Virus record (IMG/VR): IMGVR_UViG_3300047373_000743
Span: 1 to 64,000 of that record
DNA: 64,000 nucleotides
Strand: one strand, 5' to 3'
Origin: a virus
The position numbers and the translations under genes were made by a program. How positions within the stretch are numbered: the stretch's first letter is position 1; every line of letters begins with the position of its first letter. Under the pieces are notes generated by a model, which had not been told where the DNA came from, ran no database searches, and worked only from the letters and a program-made list of their open reading frames with translations. This document shows positions 22,371 through 34,156 of the stretch, piece by piece.

Positions 22371-23590
22371 ACACATTTATATACACAAGTTCAGACGCAA
22401 CAATATATAAGCATAAAAATAACGAGGATCTAAACACTGGTTTTGATGAAATATTAGAACTGAAGAATGAGTTTTCAGAAGAAGGTGGTCATCATGTTAG
22501 TCGGTTGGTTCTAAACCACGTTATAGATGCTAACAGTGTATCTAAAACCCCCTTGATAGACTCCGAGTTTTACCTAAACTTAAAAATAACGGAATCTAGG
22601 GAACTTGCTGGAGATTCTGAGATTGAAGTGTTTCCCTTGAAGAGACCCTGGGAAGAAGGTCATGGTAGAAAATATGATGGAGTTAACAACGGGGTCACGT
22701 GGAATCTTACATCGACCGGTGTTAGTTGGTCAACCCCCGGTGGGGATTTTTACGAAGCAGATGAGTTGGAGGCTAATTACGGAATAGAAAAAATACCCAC
22801 ATTCACGTTCAAAAAAAGAACATCGGACGTAGTCTTGAACATAACAGAATATGTTAAGTTGTGGATTTCTGGTCTTGTTGAAAATAATGGTATATTAGTA
22901 AAATTTAAAAACGAAGCAATTTCGTCGTGTGGTGGTGTTAGTTTTTTCTCAAAAGATACAAATACGATATATGCTCCTTATGTTAAAACTTCTTATTATG
23001 ATTATATATTTGATCCGTGTGGGTGTGAAAAAATTCCAACTATAAAGTGCAGGTACGACTCATCTACATCTGACATGGTTATCAATACCAGTGGTTCGTT
23101 GAATGAATTAAGTGAAACATTGGGTTGTATAAGTGGTACACACGATACAAGTGGTTCGGTGGAACTGAATCACAACATGGAGTATTCATTTGTAACAAAA
23201 AATCCAAGTATATCATATATTTCACATGACAATTTGTCGGTATCTTTAGTTGGGTTGAAATCAAAAATTTCAGCAAAAGAGCAACTTAGAATTAAAGTGG
23301 CGGTCAGAGACAAATACCCTGTAAAAACATTTAAACCAAGTTCACGATACACACACGACAATTTTGTTGACTTTCCAATTTATTATTCTGTTATAGACGC
23401 AGATACACTTGAACGGGTTTTGGATTTCAACAAATATTCCAGGATCAGTTGTAACCACACTGGTCATTATTTTGACTTTGATTTCGGGTGTCTTGCCATC
23501 GGCCGAGTTTATTATTTTGAAATTAGAGTCGAGAGTACAAATCAAACAAAGATATATACCGACAAAATAAAGTTTGTTATAGAACGATGA
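22367..23590 (+). CDS. Baseplate-associated protein (DNRLRE-like beta domain)
   Basis: DATIY...N.G.DEILE...WEEG.G...W...GGDF...NNGILVK...FFSKDTNTIYAP pattern. Confidence 0.55.
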   Translation: MNTFIYTSSDATIYKHKNNEDLNTGFDEILELKNEFSEEGGHHVSRLVLNHVIDANSVSKTPLIDSEFYLNLKITESRELAGDSEIEVFPLKRPWEEGHGRKYDGVNNGVTWNLTSTGVSWSTPGGDFYEADELEANYGIEKIPTFTFKKRTSDVVLNITEYVKLWISGLVENNGILVKFKNEAISSCGGVSFFSKDTNTIYAPYVKTSYYDYIFDPCGCEKIPTIKCRYDSSTSDMVINTSGSLNELSETLGCISGTHDTSGSVELNHNMEYSFVTKNPSISYISHDNLSVSLVGLKSKISAKEQLRIKVAVRDKYPVKTFKPSSRYTHDNFVDFPIYYSVIDADTLERVLDFNKYSRISCNHTGHYFDFDFGCLAIGRVYYFEIRVESTNQTKIYTDKIKFVIER

Positions 23591-24177
23591 AAAAAAACTT
23601 AGATTTTTTAGAAAAGTATGATTTCAACCTAGAATCATATAACGAGTATATTTCAAAAAAAATATCCAAAGATCTTCTGGATGATTTTGGTAATTTAATA
23701 CTAAGTGCAAATATAGAAGAACCAAATATTACCGAAGTTGAAAAATTCGTTTTAAAAGTTCCTGCGAAAAAGAAAAAGTTAAAAAAAACACAAGTCGAAC
23801 TTTTTATGGATACTCACGTAACTGAGTTCGAGGATAAGGAGGATGAGGAGGGTGTGGCATCCGATTCCGAGGGCCCTGTAGTCGACTTAGCAGATGAAAT
23901 TGACAACGAGGTCAGATCACAAATTGATCAAGAGCGTATATTACAGACTCAACTTGATGAAATGTCAGATATTCTAGATTCCGAGATTGAAAAGGGGGTT
24001 CACTTTCAAGAAAAATCTTCAGAAAACTTCACCGCCGCAAAAAATATTATAATATCACAAAGGATTTCTGCCGGGGAAGGAAATGTTCCATCAGACTTTA
24101 GTAACAAGTTTCCCTTTTTACCTTTGGGTGAAACAACCGAATCCGAAACGGACTCATTTCCGTTTTTGTCCGAGTAA
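23587..24177 (+). CDS. Hypothetical acidic protein in the baseplate module
   Basis: 196 aa; ATGA-coupled to the upstream gene. Confidence 0.65.
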   Translation: MKKNLDFLEKYDFNLESYNEYISKKISKDLLDDFGNLILSANIEEPNITEVEKFVLKVPAKKKKLKKTQVELFMDTHVTEFEDKEDEEGVASDSEGPVVDLADEIDNEVRSQIDQERILQTQLDEMSDILDSEIEKGVHFQEKSSENFTAAKNIIISQRISAGEGNVPSDFSNKFPFLPLGETTESETDSFPFLSE

Positions 24178-24184
24178 GTGAGAC

Positions 24185-27100
24185 ATGAGTGAATACATAA
24201 AAATGGTTAAAAGACCACCCTCTAATCAAGAATTTGATTTTCCAAGATCATCGTTGGTTTCGGAAGACTTGTATAGAATTGTGGTAAGTGACAGTGATGA
24301 CAGTCCTGTTTACAACTTTGGTCGAAATCCAAAGGATATAGCAGAGTTTTCAATTTACTCAAACGATAATAAAGTAATAAAGACAAAAATAATTAAACCA
24401 GTTGATTCGTTTAAACGAAAAACTTTTGATTTTACTGATTATGATGGAGTAAGACGAGTGGGGTCGTTATCATTGTTTGATACAAAGTATGAGGTCACGG
24501 AGGATAATGAACTTGTATTATCTCCTACACACGAACTAAGAGAGTTGGGAGAACAAGGTGGTTCTTTTTTGGTAGGTGTATCAATGAAGCAGGAATTAAT
24601 AGGATCACACGAGTCCACGTCTAAACTTCTGATTCAAGACATCTCACCAAGTAGAACAGAGATTAAGATAATACCAAGTTCACTAAAAACAAGTCTTAGA
24701 CCACTTGATGTGGCTCTTAATGCAGAATATTTAAATTATTTCAACAAAAAAATTCCGGTTTCTCATATATTTTATGAAATACCCTCGTTACTCAGTGAAA
24801 CCGAAACTAGAGTGCATGTCAAAAATTTAATTGCAAATGGGTATCTTGTAGAAAACTTAAAAGAAAGACTTTATGAGTTAGTAGACTTTTATAATTTTAC
24901 ATCCTTAGATGGGTTTTCACATGATTGTGATGAGGTGTATGATGAAATAAAATCTTTGTACTTAAATACATTCTTATACAACTACAATAGTACATATACC
25001 CGCGGGGAATTTTCCAATGAATACGAAAAGTGTGTCGACTATGTTTTAAATAAAACACCCAAATTTAAAAATACTTCAGATAAATTACATACTAAGTATA
25101 AATCACTTTATAAAGAGGTTCTCATAACGATGTTCAATTTTAATAGATTGGGTGCTTTGTTTGATGAAAAATTCGAATCATATCTATCAACCAGTATGGT
25201 ATTTGAAACAGGTGAACAAATTTCTGTATTATCAACAGCTCGCAGTACAGACAACATTTCTGACTCAGATAAGCACAGACCTTTGTTATTTAAACTTCAA
25301 CAGCCACTGTCACAGAGCATTAAAGTCGGTGCATCATTTCATTTGCTTGGTTTATTTTATTCCGATGACATTATACAAAGAACTATTTTGTATAAAAAAG
25401 TAAAACCAAAGTTATATAAACTTAGAAATCCTGATCTAAGTGGCATTGCTTCACAAGGTACCAGAAGTTATACATCTGAGCAGTTAAATAAAAATAAATC
25501 ACAAATAGAAAAGGAGTCTTTATTAAATCTCAATTCTACTGATCCTGGCATATTGGAGAAGATAAAAGAAGTTGAAGCTGAGTGGAGAGATGAGGTATTT
25601 GGGTCACCAATAAAAATTACAGAAGAAATATCAAATTATTTTAACAATCAAACTGAGGACTATTATCTGTCTGTTGATTATTCCGATTTTAAAAATTTCA
25701 TACGATATTCATCTGCCCGTAAACGATTGGATGTTTTTATTTTAAAATTAACTAAAATTTCAAAATATGACAGAGAGATGGAGGAAATACGAAGAGCATA
25801 TAGAGGTAGCACACCCGAGAAGTTTAGCAGACTCTCATATGACACAGAGATCGAACGATTAAACAACGAAAAAGTACAGATTTTAAATTCACTGGACGGA
25901 TACGAGAGGTTTTTATATTTTGAGGACATAACCGAACTGGCCGACTCGGCTAGGGATATAAAAATACGAATAGATGAACTAATGCAAAAAAAAATCTCAC
26001 AAGGAGATTCTTCGGGTGAACTTGATTCTAAAATAAAAGAATTAGAATCAGATTTGCTATACACTTATATAAGTTGGCCAAGAGCAGAATTTAATTGTGA
26101 CAATGTAGATGACTGGAGTCCAAACGCAGTTGATTACAGAGAACACGATGTTGTGTATGTGGCAGACCACATTTATATACTAGTAGGACCCGAACCGGTT
26201 AGTTCACTTGATATACCCGGTGTTAGTGATAGGTGGTCGTTATTTTGTAGTTGTGAGGAGTGTGTTGGAAAAAAAATCCCACTAAATACAACATCTTATT
26301 CATTTTTAACATCACGTGACTATTATCGTCCCATGCCAATACCTGAGGATATGGAAGCTTTCTCAAAAACAACAGGATATACCTGGTATTCTGAAAAGGC
26401 CCGTGAAGCTGAAGCATATGATAAGCAAAACGACAATTCTTTTGCCAATAACACACCTGAATTTATTATCCGCGATCCGGACAATGAAGAATATTTTGAA
26501 TTTTTATCATTTATTGGTCACCAATTTGATTTAATACATTTGTATGTAGAGGGGGTCGGTACTATTAAAAAACCTCTTAACAACCCTGATAAAGGAATTC
26601 CAAACGAATTGGTCTCTCATATGCTTGGATATTTTGGTGGGAGTTTTGAAGGGTATGATGAAGGGGAAATAAATTCACTGGCACGTGATATTAAGACAGA
26701 TGAGGAACTTGCATTTGTTAAGAAATTTAAACAAAAAAAACACTTAGTGTGGAGACGTATACTAAATAATTTACCATATATTTTAAAAACAATAGGAACA
26801 GAAAAATCCATTCGTGCTTTGTTTAGGTGTTATGGAGTACCAGATTATTTATTTAAAATACGAGAGTTCGGGGGAATTGAATACAACACCGAAACCAGTG
26901 ATAAGGTATTGTATACATTTGATTCGTTTGACTATTTTCTTAAAATTGAAAGAGATAATCAGTATATAGAACTCGACTGGAAAACTGAAACATATCAGTC
27001 AAGGTGTGTGGAATTAAAATTTTCATTTAATGAAGATTTATGTGACATAACATCTGATATAGAAATTTTAGCATCAAAGAAGGATCTGACGGAAAACCAA

Positions 27101-30100
27101 TCAGTTTCCACGAATTGGAGTTTTGGGTTCACACCCGAATCAACAAAAAATAACACCACCTCAGAACAACATGGTTGGGGTAGGTTTTATATTAAAATCG
27201 GCCAATTTATTACATATCTGGCAGATATAGAAGGCAATGAGATGGTATATGGATTTTCGTCAAAAGAATTTAATGTACTGATTCAGGTAGTTGAATCCGA
27301 ACGATGGACCGATTCTGGAGTAGAAGCTTTTGTAAAAAGATACTCCGATGAAGATTTAGTTTACAACGGATATTCTAAAATAGCTCTACCTCGCACAGAT
27401 ATAAATAATTTTCTAGGTTCACCAAAACTCATTTTCGGAAATTATTATGGTTCTAATTTTTTCGGAACACTTGATAGATTGCGAATATATACAAAACCAA
27501 TTAAAGAAGTTCGGTTTGAAAACCACATAAAGTTCAATCAATCGTATGATGTGGATGACCCATATGAACTGGACGACATCTTGGTGTTTAAGGCCAATTT
27601 TGATTTTCCATATAAACTAAATGATTTATTGGGTAGTTGGGACGAAACAAAAACCGATTACATATCAGGTGACAAGGTTTTATATGGTGAGAATGTATTT
27701 GTGTATGTAGGAGTGGGTGATAACAATACCAATGGCCAACCGGATGAATCTCCTGCGTGGGAGTTGGATCAATCTGGAGTGGAGTCTCATATACAAAACA
27801 CTTCATTTAGAAAAGATTCACCTGAGTGGGCAACTGTGTATAATTTTACTAGTGTCGACTATCCATATGACTTCGGTGGAAGTAACAAGAGAAACTTTGC
27901 CAAACTTCCCGCATACGGTTCACAGGTTTTTAATAATAGTAAAATTAGAATTGAGACTCAGACACTTGAAACTCAGTTGTCTGTGTCAAAGAGGAGTACT
28001 AAAAAAAGTGGTGATCGGTTAACAATTGATACCAACAAACTTGGAGTTTACTTTAGTCCATCTGATTTAATTAATCATGAAATTTTAAGATTTTTTGGTG
28101 ATTTCGATCTCGGAGACTATATAGGAGACCCGTCTGAGTTGTACAATGAAACTTATAGTGGATTTAATGAAATCAAAAATTTATTTTTCAAAAACGGGTT
28201 TGGTAGAATTGATTTTTCTTATTATCTATCTATTTTAGAATCATATTTAGACCCATCTTTGTTTAAAAATATAGAAAAAATAATTCCGGCCCGTACACTA
28301 TTAGTTTCTGGGTTGGTAGTAGAACCATCTTTACTTGAAAGAAGTAAAATTCAAAGACGGCCGATTGATAACGAGTTAGTGGTCTATGACGATATCCACA
28401 TAAATGTAGGTATCAGAAACAAAAATATAACAGATTTGGCTAACAATAGATCTTATTATGATCTAGACAACGAAAACGCACATTGCCTGCAATTAAATAT
28501 AGCACATACAACACAGACTTCAAATACATATCCATCTGAGTTTAATTCTAATGTATATGAAAATATTCCAGACGATTTAATGTATGGAATTAGTTCGTAT
28601 CGTGGTACATTTTCCAATCATATAGCATCGTTTGACAATAAGTCATATGAACGATATGTAAAAATAGATAAACAGTCACGAAAATACAATTCACTGAGAA
28701 TATACGGGAGTGTGCTTAAGAATTCAAATTTGGATTGTCAAATTTTCGGAACGGTCGGGGGTTCACACAATCCTTTGTTTTATGTTCACAAAGATGTTAC
28801 ATTAAATGGAATTGCATTGTATGACAATCTTATATCACCGGAACAATATATAAATGATTATGCTCCGTTTTCATTTTCATTTTCTGGACACATGATATCG
28901 GGTCGTGTCCATGGCTGGGCCAACATAACTATTCAAAACGGAACAATTAAAAACTTTATTGTAAATGGAAGGTTCGGTGGCACGCTGTTTTCTGAGTGTG
29001 ATTTAAGACTTGCATCATCTCAATTCTCAGATGATATTGATAGAATAATTTATAAAAAACAACTATCACCAGCTCCGACAAAAAGTACAGCATCGAAAAC
29101 AGACTCTTTGTATACTAAGATACTTTCAAACAAGACAACCTCTGAAATAAATTTAATCAAAATTCCAGACACAATATCTCACAGATTTTCTCTTAATATA
29201 GATAATAATACATTTTTTACATTAAGAAATAATTCAAGACAGTATATAACCGCAGAAGGATTATATAGATGTAGGATACATATGTTTGTTGCAAGTGAGT
29301 TAACCCCACCTCCAATTTGCACATTTAACGTCAGTTGGACACGAATAGATGACCAAACGAATAAAGAGAATGATGTTTTAAATTTTAAAAGGTCTGCCTA
29401 TGATTATGTACACAATTTAAAATTATCTGAATCAACCGATTTATCTAAAATTAAAAGTGCGTTTGAACTTCCTGAGCTGGTGGTGACTGACACAACAAAA
29501 CTAACTACTTCCTATAAAAAAACCGAAGCAGAGTATTCATGTGAAGAGAGGTCCGGTAGATATGAAGTTCCTGAAATTATTAATCGCACGAAGGTTACTT
29601 CCGAATCTAATATACTGGATGCTCATCTAGGTGATGTGATCCACAGAAAATCATATAAAATTCCTTTTAATTTTAATCAATCACTAAAAACTGACAAAGA
29701 TACACATGAGTCTGACATTAAGTTAGGTGTAAACTACGATGGGGTTATGCTAAACATTGAGGTCACAGACTCAAACGAACTTGTGTATAAAACTAATATT
29801 TTGCAGTATAAACTAACCGATTTACACGATTTAACCAACATAAATTTTAGTGAAGGTGAGTTGAGTGTTGTTACGACAAATAACTTTTCGGCAACAGTCG
29901 GTGATGTAGTTTTATTAACAGATTCAGTTTGGTCTGCTGAGAGTGGTTTGTTATTTAACTTAAATGAAACTTATTATACATTTGTACACACAGAAGATGT
30001 TAATGGAACACACAAACGAATTGTCCTTTCCATACCAGAATATATGAAAAACTGGCCAAATTCTGTTGAATATGTGGGTGGAGGGACAATACACAAGTTG

Positions 30101-31930
30101 CCGTCTGAAGTGGAGTATTATCATAAAATTAGAGGGGTTTCGTATAAACTAACCGCATCATGTTCGTATCACACCGACCCGGTCAGAGTTTCTGTGCCAA
30201 AAAAGGTAACGACCACACCTGATGTAGGGGATATGATAAATTGTGTTTTTCGAGAAGGTGCGTTTTTATGGAAAGAGTTTGGTCTGCGTGTATTAACTAA
30301 CGCAACGGTACTGAAAGTATCTCAGATAAACGATATATACGACGAACATCACGGAGAGACAATGATTAGAGTAGAAACAGAAGAGACTATAAACGGAAAT
30401 AAGTATGTCGAGTTCGTACCATCGGCGGAATATGTATATGCGTTTTCCGTCACATCCACCCGTAATCAAAACAGAACAAACTATCAAGTGAAACTCGCGT
30501 CAAAATATAATATTCAACTTGGACCATCCCCCACACCTATTTCTGTTCAGAAAATTTATCACAATATTTTAATAGATAACGTAATTGAACTTGAATCTCC
30601 GTTTGACTATTTTAATATAGTAGATGTAGTCCCGTCTGGAAAAAAAATATTAAACGGAAACTTAAAAACCCATAGACGATATTTTTCAACCACCAATAAA
30701 CAAGAATCTAGAAAATTATCTAGATTACACTGCCGACGATCAAGCAGTAATTTAAATAATACTATATCCCCGGACGGAATCACCGACAACTCTCCACCGA
30801 TAGTGCGTACTCGTAAGTCATCTATAAAGGATGGACTTGGTGATTCGTTTTGGTATCTAGAGGACAAGACATACTCTGTTGTGTTACCGTGTGGAGTTGG
30901 TGACCGGGAGGTTCACGAAACAACCACACCAACCACTACAATGGAAGTAATAGATGATTCTAAGTTAAATTTAGATTCTTTGGTTTTTTATTACACATTT
31001 GAGAATGTAAATCCAGATGAGACAATTGTCCATGACATGTCCGGCAATGAACGTGATGGTAATATTAATTTAGGTTTGGTGAAAACTGGAGGCCTTGGCC
31101 GGCAATATAAAAAAGTAATATCACTTGATAATAATATAAAGCCAAATCAGAATAATACAAATGCGTACATAGAGATTCCAACAAATTCCGATGTTAAAAC
31201 CGATAAATGTACTATAAGTTTTTGGATAAAACCCATCGGTGAAAGTGCAGATAACTCCGGAATAGTGTTTAATAATTCTCCGGAGCAAACCACTCGTCAT
31301 GGTGTAGTTATAAATCCCAATGGAAATAAGTTTTCCCTTGGATACACGTGGGCTTCCTCGGTTGATTCATACTTGGTCGATTTAAATGTAAAGTTAGAAG
31401 AAGATGCTTGGAATCATGTGTCTATTATTATATATAAAAATGGAATTACACGTGTGTTTTTAAACAAAAAGTACGTCAAGATGTATGATTTGGGGGTTTA
31501 TCACGACATGGTAATTTTTGATAAACTTGAAGTAGGTAGATTTTCTGGTATGATAGATGACATACGATTTTATACTGACGAACTTTCATTTGGTGAAGTT
31601 GAATTGAAAACGAATGCCGGTGGCCAAGTAGCAGAGTTGTATGACACAACACGTGATTCAAATAATTTGACAACCGAACCATCAATCGAGTGTCAAGAGT
31701 TCCCCTTTTTGCGATTTTTTGAATTTGATTATTACCAAGACCGACTTTTTACCGAGGCCTCGGTTTGGTACAACGAGAACGTCCATCGTAAAGAAGACAT
31801 ATCACTTGAACCTGAAATCGCAGCTAGAATGAAATACGCAATTTCCGGTGGACCAAACGAGGGTATGAAAAAATTTGCATCTGTAGAATTTATGGGAAAT
31901 TTGTGTGGTCATGTAAAAGAAGCAAGTTAA
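24185..31930 (+). CDS. Very large baseplate wedge/receptor-binding protein (gp7/P2 gpI-like core, two CBM5/12-like inserts, C-terminal LamG/concanavalin domain)
   Basis: WRRILNNLPYILKTIGTEKSIRALFRCYGVP; W....DY...D.V.Y modules; TISFWIKP...WNHVSI...FSGMIDDIRFY. Confidence 0.65.
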   Translation: MSEYIKMVKRPPSNQEFDFPRSSLVSEDLYRIVVSDSDDSPVYNFGRNPKDIAEFSIYSNDNKVIKTKIIKPVDSFKRKTFDFTDYDGVRRVGSLSLFDTKYEVTEDNELVLSPTHELRELGEQGGSFLVGVSMKQELIGSHESTSKLLIQDISPSRTEIKIIPSSLKTSLRPLDVALNAEYLNYFNKKIPVSHIFYEIPSLLSETETRVHVKNLIANGYLVENLKERLYELVDFYNFTSLDGFSHDCDEVYDEIKSLYLNTFLYNYNSTYTRGEFSNEYEKCVDYVLNKTPKFKNTSDKLHTKYKSLYKEVLITMFNFNRLGALFDEKFESYLSTSMVFETGEQISVLSTARSTDNISDSDKHRPLLFKLQQPLSQSIKVGASFHLLGLFYSDDIIQRTILYKKVKPKLYKLRNPDLSGIASQGTRSYTSEQLNKNKSQIEKESLLNLNSTDPGILEKIKEVEAEWRDEVFGSPIKITEEISNYFNNQTEDYYLSVDYSDFKNFIRYSSARKRLDVFILKLTKISKYDREMEEIRRAYRGSTPEKFSRLSYDTEIERLNNEKVQILNSLDGYERFLYFEDITELADSARDIKIRIDELMQKKISQGDSSGELDSKIKELESDLLYTYISWPRAEFNCDNVDDWSPNAVDYREHDVVYVADHIYILVGPEPVSSLDIPGVSDRWSLFCSCEECVGKKIPLNTTSYSFLTSRDYYRPMPIPEDMEAFSKTTGYTWYSEKAREAEAYDKQNDNSFANNTPEFIIRDPDNEEYFEFLSFIGHQFDLIHLYVEGVGTIKKPLNNPDKGIPNELVSHMLGYFGGSFEGYDEGEINSLARDIKTDEELAFVKKFKQKKHLVWRRILNNLPYILKTIGTEKSIRALFRCYGVPDYLFKIREFGGIEYNTETSDKVLYTFDSFDYFLKIERDNQYIELDWKTETYQSRCVELKFSFNEDLCDITSDIEILASKKDLTENQSVSTNWSFGFTPESTKNNTTSEQHGWGRFYIKIGQFITYLADIEGNEMVYGFSSKEFNVLIQVVESERWTDSGVEAFVKRYSDEDLVYNGYSKIALPRTDINNFLGSPKLIFGNYYGSNFFGTLDRLRIYTKPIKEVRFENHIKFNQSYDVDDPYELDDILVFKANFDFPYKLNDLLGSWDETKTDYISGDKVLYGENVFVYVGVGDNNTNGQPDESPAWELDQSGVESHIQNTSFRKDSPEWATVYNFTSVDYPYDFGGSNKRNFAKLPAYGSQVFNNSKIRIETQTLETQLSVSKRSTKKSGDRLTIDTNKLGVYFSPSDLINHEILRFFGDFDLGDYIGDPSELYNETYSGFNEIKNLFFKNGFGRIDFSYYLSILESYLDPSLFKNIEKIIPARTLLVSGLVVEPSLLERSKIQRRPIDNELVVYDDIHINVGIRNKNITDLANNRSYYDLDNENAHCLQLNIAHTTQTSNTYPSEFNSNVYENIPDDLMYGISSYRGTFSNHIASFDNKSYERYVKIDKQSRKYNSLRIYGSVLKNSNLDCQIFGTVGGSHNPLFYVHKDVTLNGIALYDNLISPEQYINDYAPFSFSFSGHMISGRVHGWANITIQNGTIKNFIVNGRFGGTLFSECDLRLASSQFSDDIDRIIYKKQLSPAPTKSTASKTDSLYTKILSNKTTSEINLIKIPDTISHRFSLNIDNNTFFTLRNNSRQYITAEGLYRCRIHMFVASELTPPPICTFNVSWTRIDDQTNKENDVLNFKRSAYDYVHNLKLSESTDLSKIKSAFELPELVVTDTTKLTTSYKKTEAEYSCEERSGRYEVPEIINRTKVTSESNILDAHLGDVIHRKSYKIPFNFNQSLKTDKDTHESDIKLGVNYDGVMLNIEVTDSNELVYKTNILQYKLTDLHDLTNINFSEGELSVVTTNNFSATVGDVVLLTDSVWSAESGLLFNLNETYYTFVHTEDVNGTHKRIVLSIPEYMKNWPNSVEYVGGGTIHKLPSEVEYYHKIRGVSYKLTASCSYHTDPVRVSVPKKVTTTPDVGDMINCVFREGAFLWKEFGLRVLTNATVLKVSQINDIYDEHHGETMIRVETEETINGNKYVEFVPSAEYVYAFSVTSTRNQNRTNYQVKLASKYNIQLGPSPTPISVQKIYHNILIDNVIELESPFDYFNIVDVVPSGKKILNGNLKTHRRYFSTTNKQESRKLSRLHCRRSSSNLNNTISPDGITDNSPPIVRTRKSSIKDGLGDSFWYLEDKTYSVVLPCGVGDREVHETTTPTTTMEVIDDSKLNLDSLVFYYTFENVNPDETIVHDMSGNERDGNINLGLVKTGGLGRQYKKVISLDNNIKPNQNNTNAYIEIPTNSDVKTDKCTISFWIKPIGESADNSGIVFNNSPEQTTRHGVVINPNGNKFSLGYTWASSVDSYLVDLNVKLEEDAWNHVSIIIYKNGITRVFLNKKYVKMYDLGVYHDMVIFDKLEVGRFSGMIDDIRFYTDELSFGEVELKTNAGGQVAELYDTTRDSNNLTTEPSIECQEFPFLRFFEFDYYQDRLFTEASVWYNENVHRKEDISLEPEIAARMKYAISGGPNEGMKKFASVEFMGNLCGHVKEAS

Positions 31931-31950
31931 TTTAATAAATTTTTCACTTA

Positions 31951-31964
31951 TATAAATATTTATA
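31951..31964 (+). promoter_or_regulatory. Palindrome TATAAATATTTATA containing the TATTTAT motif
   Basis: Intergenic, upstream of 31999. Confidence 0.5.
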
Positions 31965-31998
31965 TACTAAAACTTATCAAAAAATATATATATTAGTA

Positions 31999-32664
31999 AT
32001 GGGTTATCTAAATAATGAAACAATCACCGTAGAGGCGGTGCTAACAAAACGAGGTCGTGAGTTGCTTGCATCTGATCGTGGGTTAAATATTACAAGTTTT
32101 GCCTTGGCCGATGATGAAATTGATTATACACTATACGACCCAGATCATCCCGATGGTTCACAATACTTTGATTTGGCACTCAGAAACACACCTGTGTTTG
32201 AACCACTTACTGACGAAACACAATCATTGAAATATAAACTGGTAACATTGCCCCCAGGAACACAACACATACCGGTTATTAAACTTGGTCAGCAGAGTAT
32301 TACTCTTGATAAAGATTATAATGGAGTTGTTACACTGAACCCCACTACAAACCCTGTGTATAATACCCAACTTGGCTATACTGCTGTATTATCTAATCGG
32401 GAAGTGGGTACGATTGTCGGCTCGGGAGTAGATGAGTCGGTTGGTGAGAATACTTCCATATTTCTAGGAGACACAGCAAGCACATTTGCACAGACAACTG
32501 TAGGATTAACTTTTGATTTTAGAGTAAACCCGTCCATAACTAAAAATGTGGGGGCAAATTTAACAATTATAGGTAACGAAAGTGGTGGGTCGATAACAAT
32601 ACCAGTTAATGTACTCGCAGAACCACTCGAAGGGATATCAGAGTCTGGTAATATAGGATACTAA
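31999..32664 (+). CDS. Baseplate/tail-fibre attachment protein
   Basis: MGYLNN..ITVEAVLTKRGRELLA...FALADDEIDY motif; baseplate context. Confidence 0.65.
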   Translation: MGYLNNETITVEAVLTKRGRELLASDRGLNITSFALADDEIDYTLYDPDHPDGSQYFDLALRNTPVFEPLTDETQSLKYKLVTLPPGTQHIPVIKLGQQSITLDKDYNGVVTLNPTTNPVYNTQLGYTAVLSNREVGTIVGSGVDESVGENTSIFLGDTASTFAQTTVGLTFDFRVNPSITKNVGANLTIIGNESGGSITIPVNVLAEPLEGISESGNIGY

Positions 32665-32665
32665 T

Positions 32666-34156
32666 ATGGCCATTTTTAAAGAATTAGATGAAACTGATAA
32701 GGTTGCCGGTAGAGTTACGTCTGTACACGATGGTTTGTTTAGTGGTGATAACCCATCCGAGATGGTAAATTTTTTCTATGATGAAGAATCACACGAAACT
32801 CCACTGGCCATGGCGTCGTCTGTAAAAGACATAGAAGATAACTGGATCTCACCAAGGAAAGAGGATTATTATACTGATATATATCACGAAGAAGTATATG
32901 TGGCTGGACTTTTAAACCAAAACACAGAACAACAATTTTCAATATCATACGGTCATGTCAATGGGTTCGGTAGTCCGATTAAGGCGGCATTCAATAACAA
33001 AACCCCACAGATAACAAAAACTGTATATAGTCAGTATAAAAATATATTATTGAATCCTGATGATAAACGATTTACATTTACCCGTAGGGTTGATAACTCC
33101 TTTGTTGGATATGATGCTGACAGTGTTCATATTATAAATTTTAGCACATCTCGTATGAAAGAGAGAATAGACGAGGGTAATTTTTTATTTTCTCTGGGAG
33201 TATCCGTGAACGATGATATAAATTACAAAGTATCTTTTCAAGATGCGAGTGTATTTGGAACACGACTTAGTTTTGTTGCATCATCACCACAGTTTGGTCG
33301 TGTATTTGATTTAGTTAAGGTCGGAGAATCCGACCGGTATAACAACGATGATTCGGATGTCATAAAAATGACAACAGAACCAGAAAATTCGATTGATTCA
33401 TCTGGTTTTGATATTAAATATTCACCTGTTAGTAATCTTGGATTTGGGTTAGTGTATCCAGACCTGGGTATTATTGTAATAAACACTGTAGCCATTTCTG
33501 AGCAATTGTGTGAAGGATTAGATGCAGCTGTTAAAAAATATGAAAAATTAAAAAATACTATACCAAGTGGTTATGTTAAAGAAGAGAATGAAGGTGCTAA
33601 ATTTGCCTGGCACGGGGATGTATCTCCTTTATATTCTACAGACTCTGGTGAACTAACTAGTGTTAATGAACTTGGTGTAGAACAGACAAATAGTGCAGAG
33701 AGTAATAATATTCACAATCCAAATACATGGTTAACGACCGACTCTAGCCAGATTCTGCTAAAACGGGCAGGTGGAGATAAAAACTATCAAAACTTTTTAA
33801 AATTGGCAACAGCTCTAAAAAAAGGAAGAAAATTTGAATGCAGAAGTACGGAAATGATACCGTCTAAGCATTATTTTATCCGAATTAAGAACACGGATTT
33901 TAATTACAGTAACAATCCATCATTTGTATATCAGGGGTACGAGGCCCGAACTCTTGCCACACGTGCAAATGCAGAGTTGGATAATTATTTAGGAAGAATC
34001 AGATTCGACTCCTTTGTAGATGACCCACGTGTATATATTACAACTGTTGGTTTATACAACGATGATAACGAATTAGTGGCGGTGGCAAAACTAAGTCGAC
34101 CAATTTTAAAAACTTTTGACTCAGAGGCTCTCATTAAAGTAAAATTAGATTTTTAA
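32666..34156 (+). CDS. Baseplate/tail structural protein
   Basis: C-terminal FNYSNNPS...YITTVGLYND.NELVAVAKLSRPI motif; paralogous to 34196..38374. Confidence 0.65.
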   Translation: MAIFKELDETDKVAGRVTSVHDGLFSGDNPSEMVNFFYDEESHETPLAMASSVKDIEDNWISPRKEDYYTDIYHEEVYVAGLLNQNTEQQFSISYGHVNGFGSPIKAAFNNKTPQITKTVYSQYKNILLNPDDKRFTFTRRVDNSFVGYDADSVHIINFSTSRMKERIDEGNFLFSLGVSVNDDINYKVSFQDASVFGTRLSFVASSPQFGRVFDLVKVGESDRYNNDDSDVIKMTTEPENSIDSSGFDIKYSPVSNLGFGLVYPDLGIIVINTVAISEQLCEGLDAAVKKYEKLKNTIPSGYVKEENEGAKFAWHGDVSPLYSTDSGELTSVNELGVEQTNSAESNNIHNPNTWLTTDSSQILLKRAGGDKNYQNFLKLATALKKGRKFECRSTEMIPSKHYFIRIKNTDFNYSNNPSFVYQGYEARTLATRANAELDNYLGRIRFDSFVDDPRVYITTVGLYNDDNELVAVAKLSRPILKTFDSEALIKVKLDF

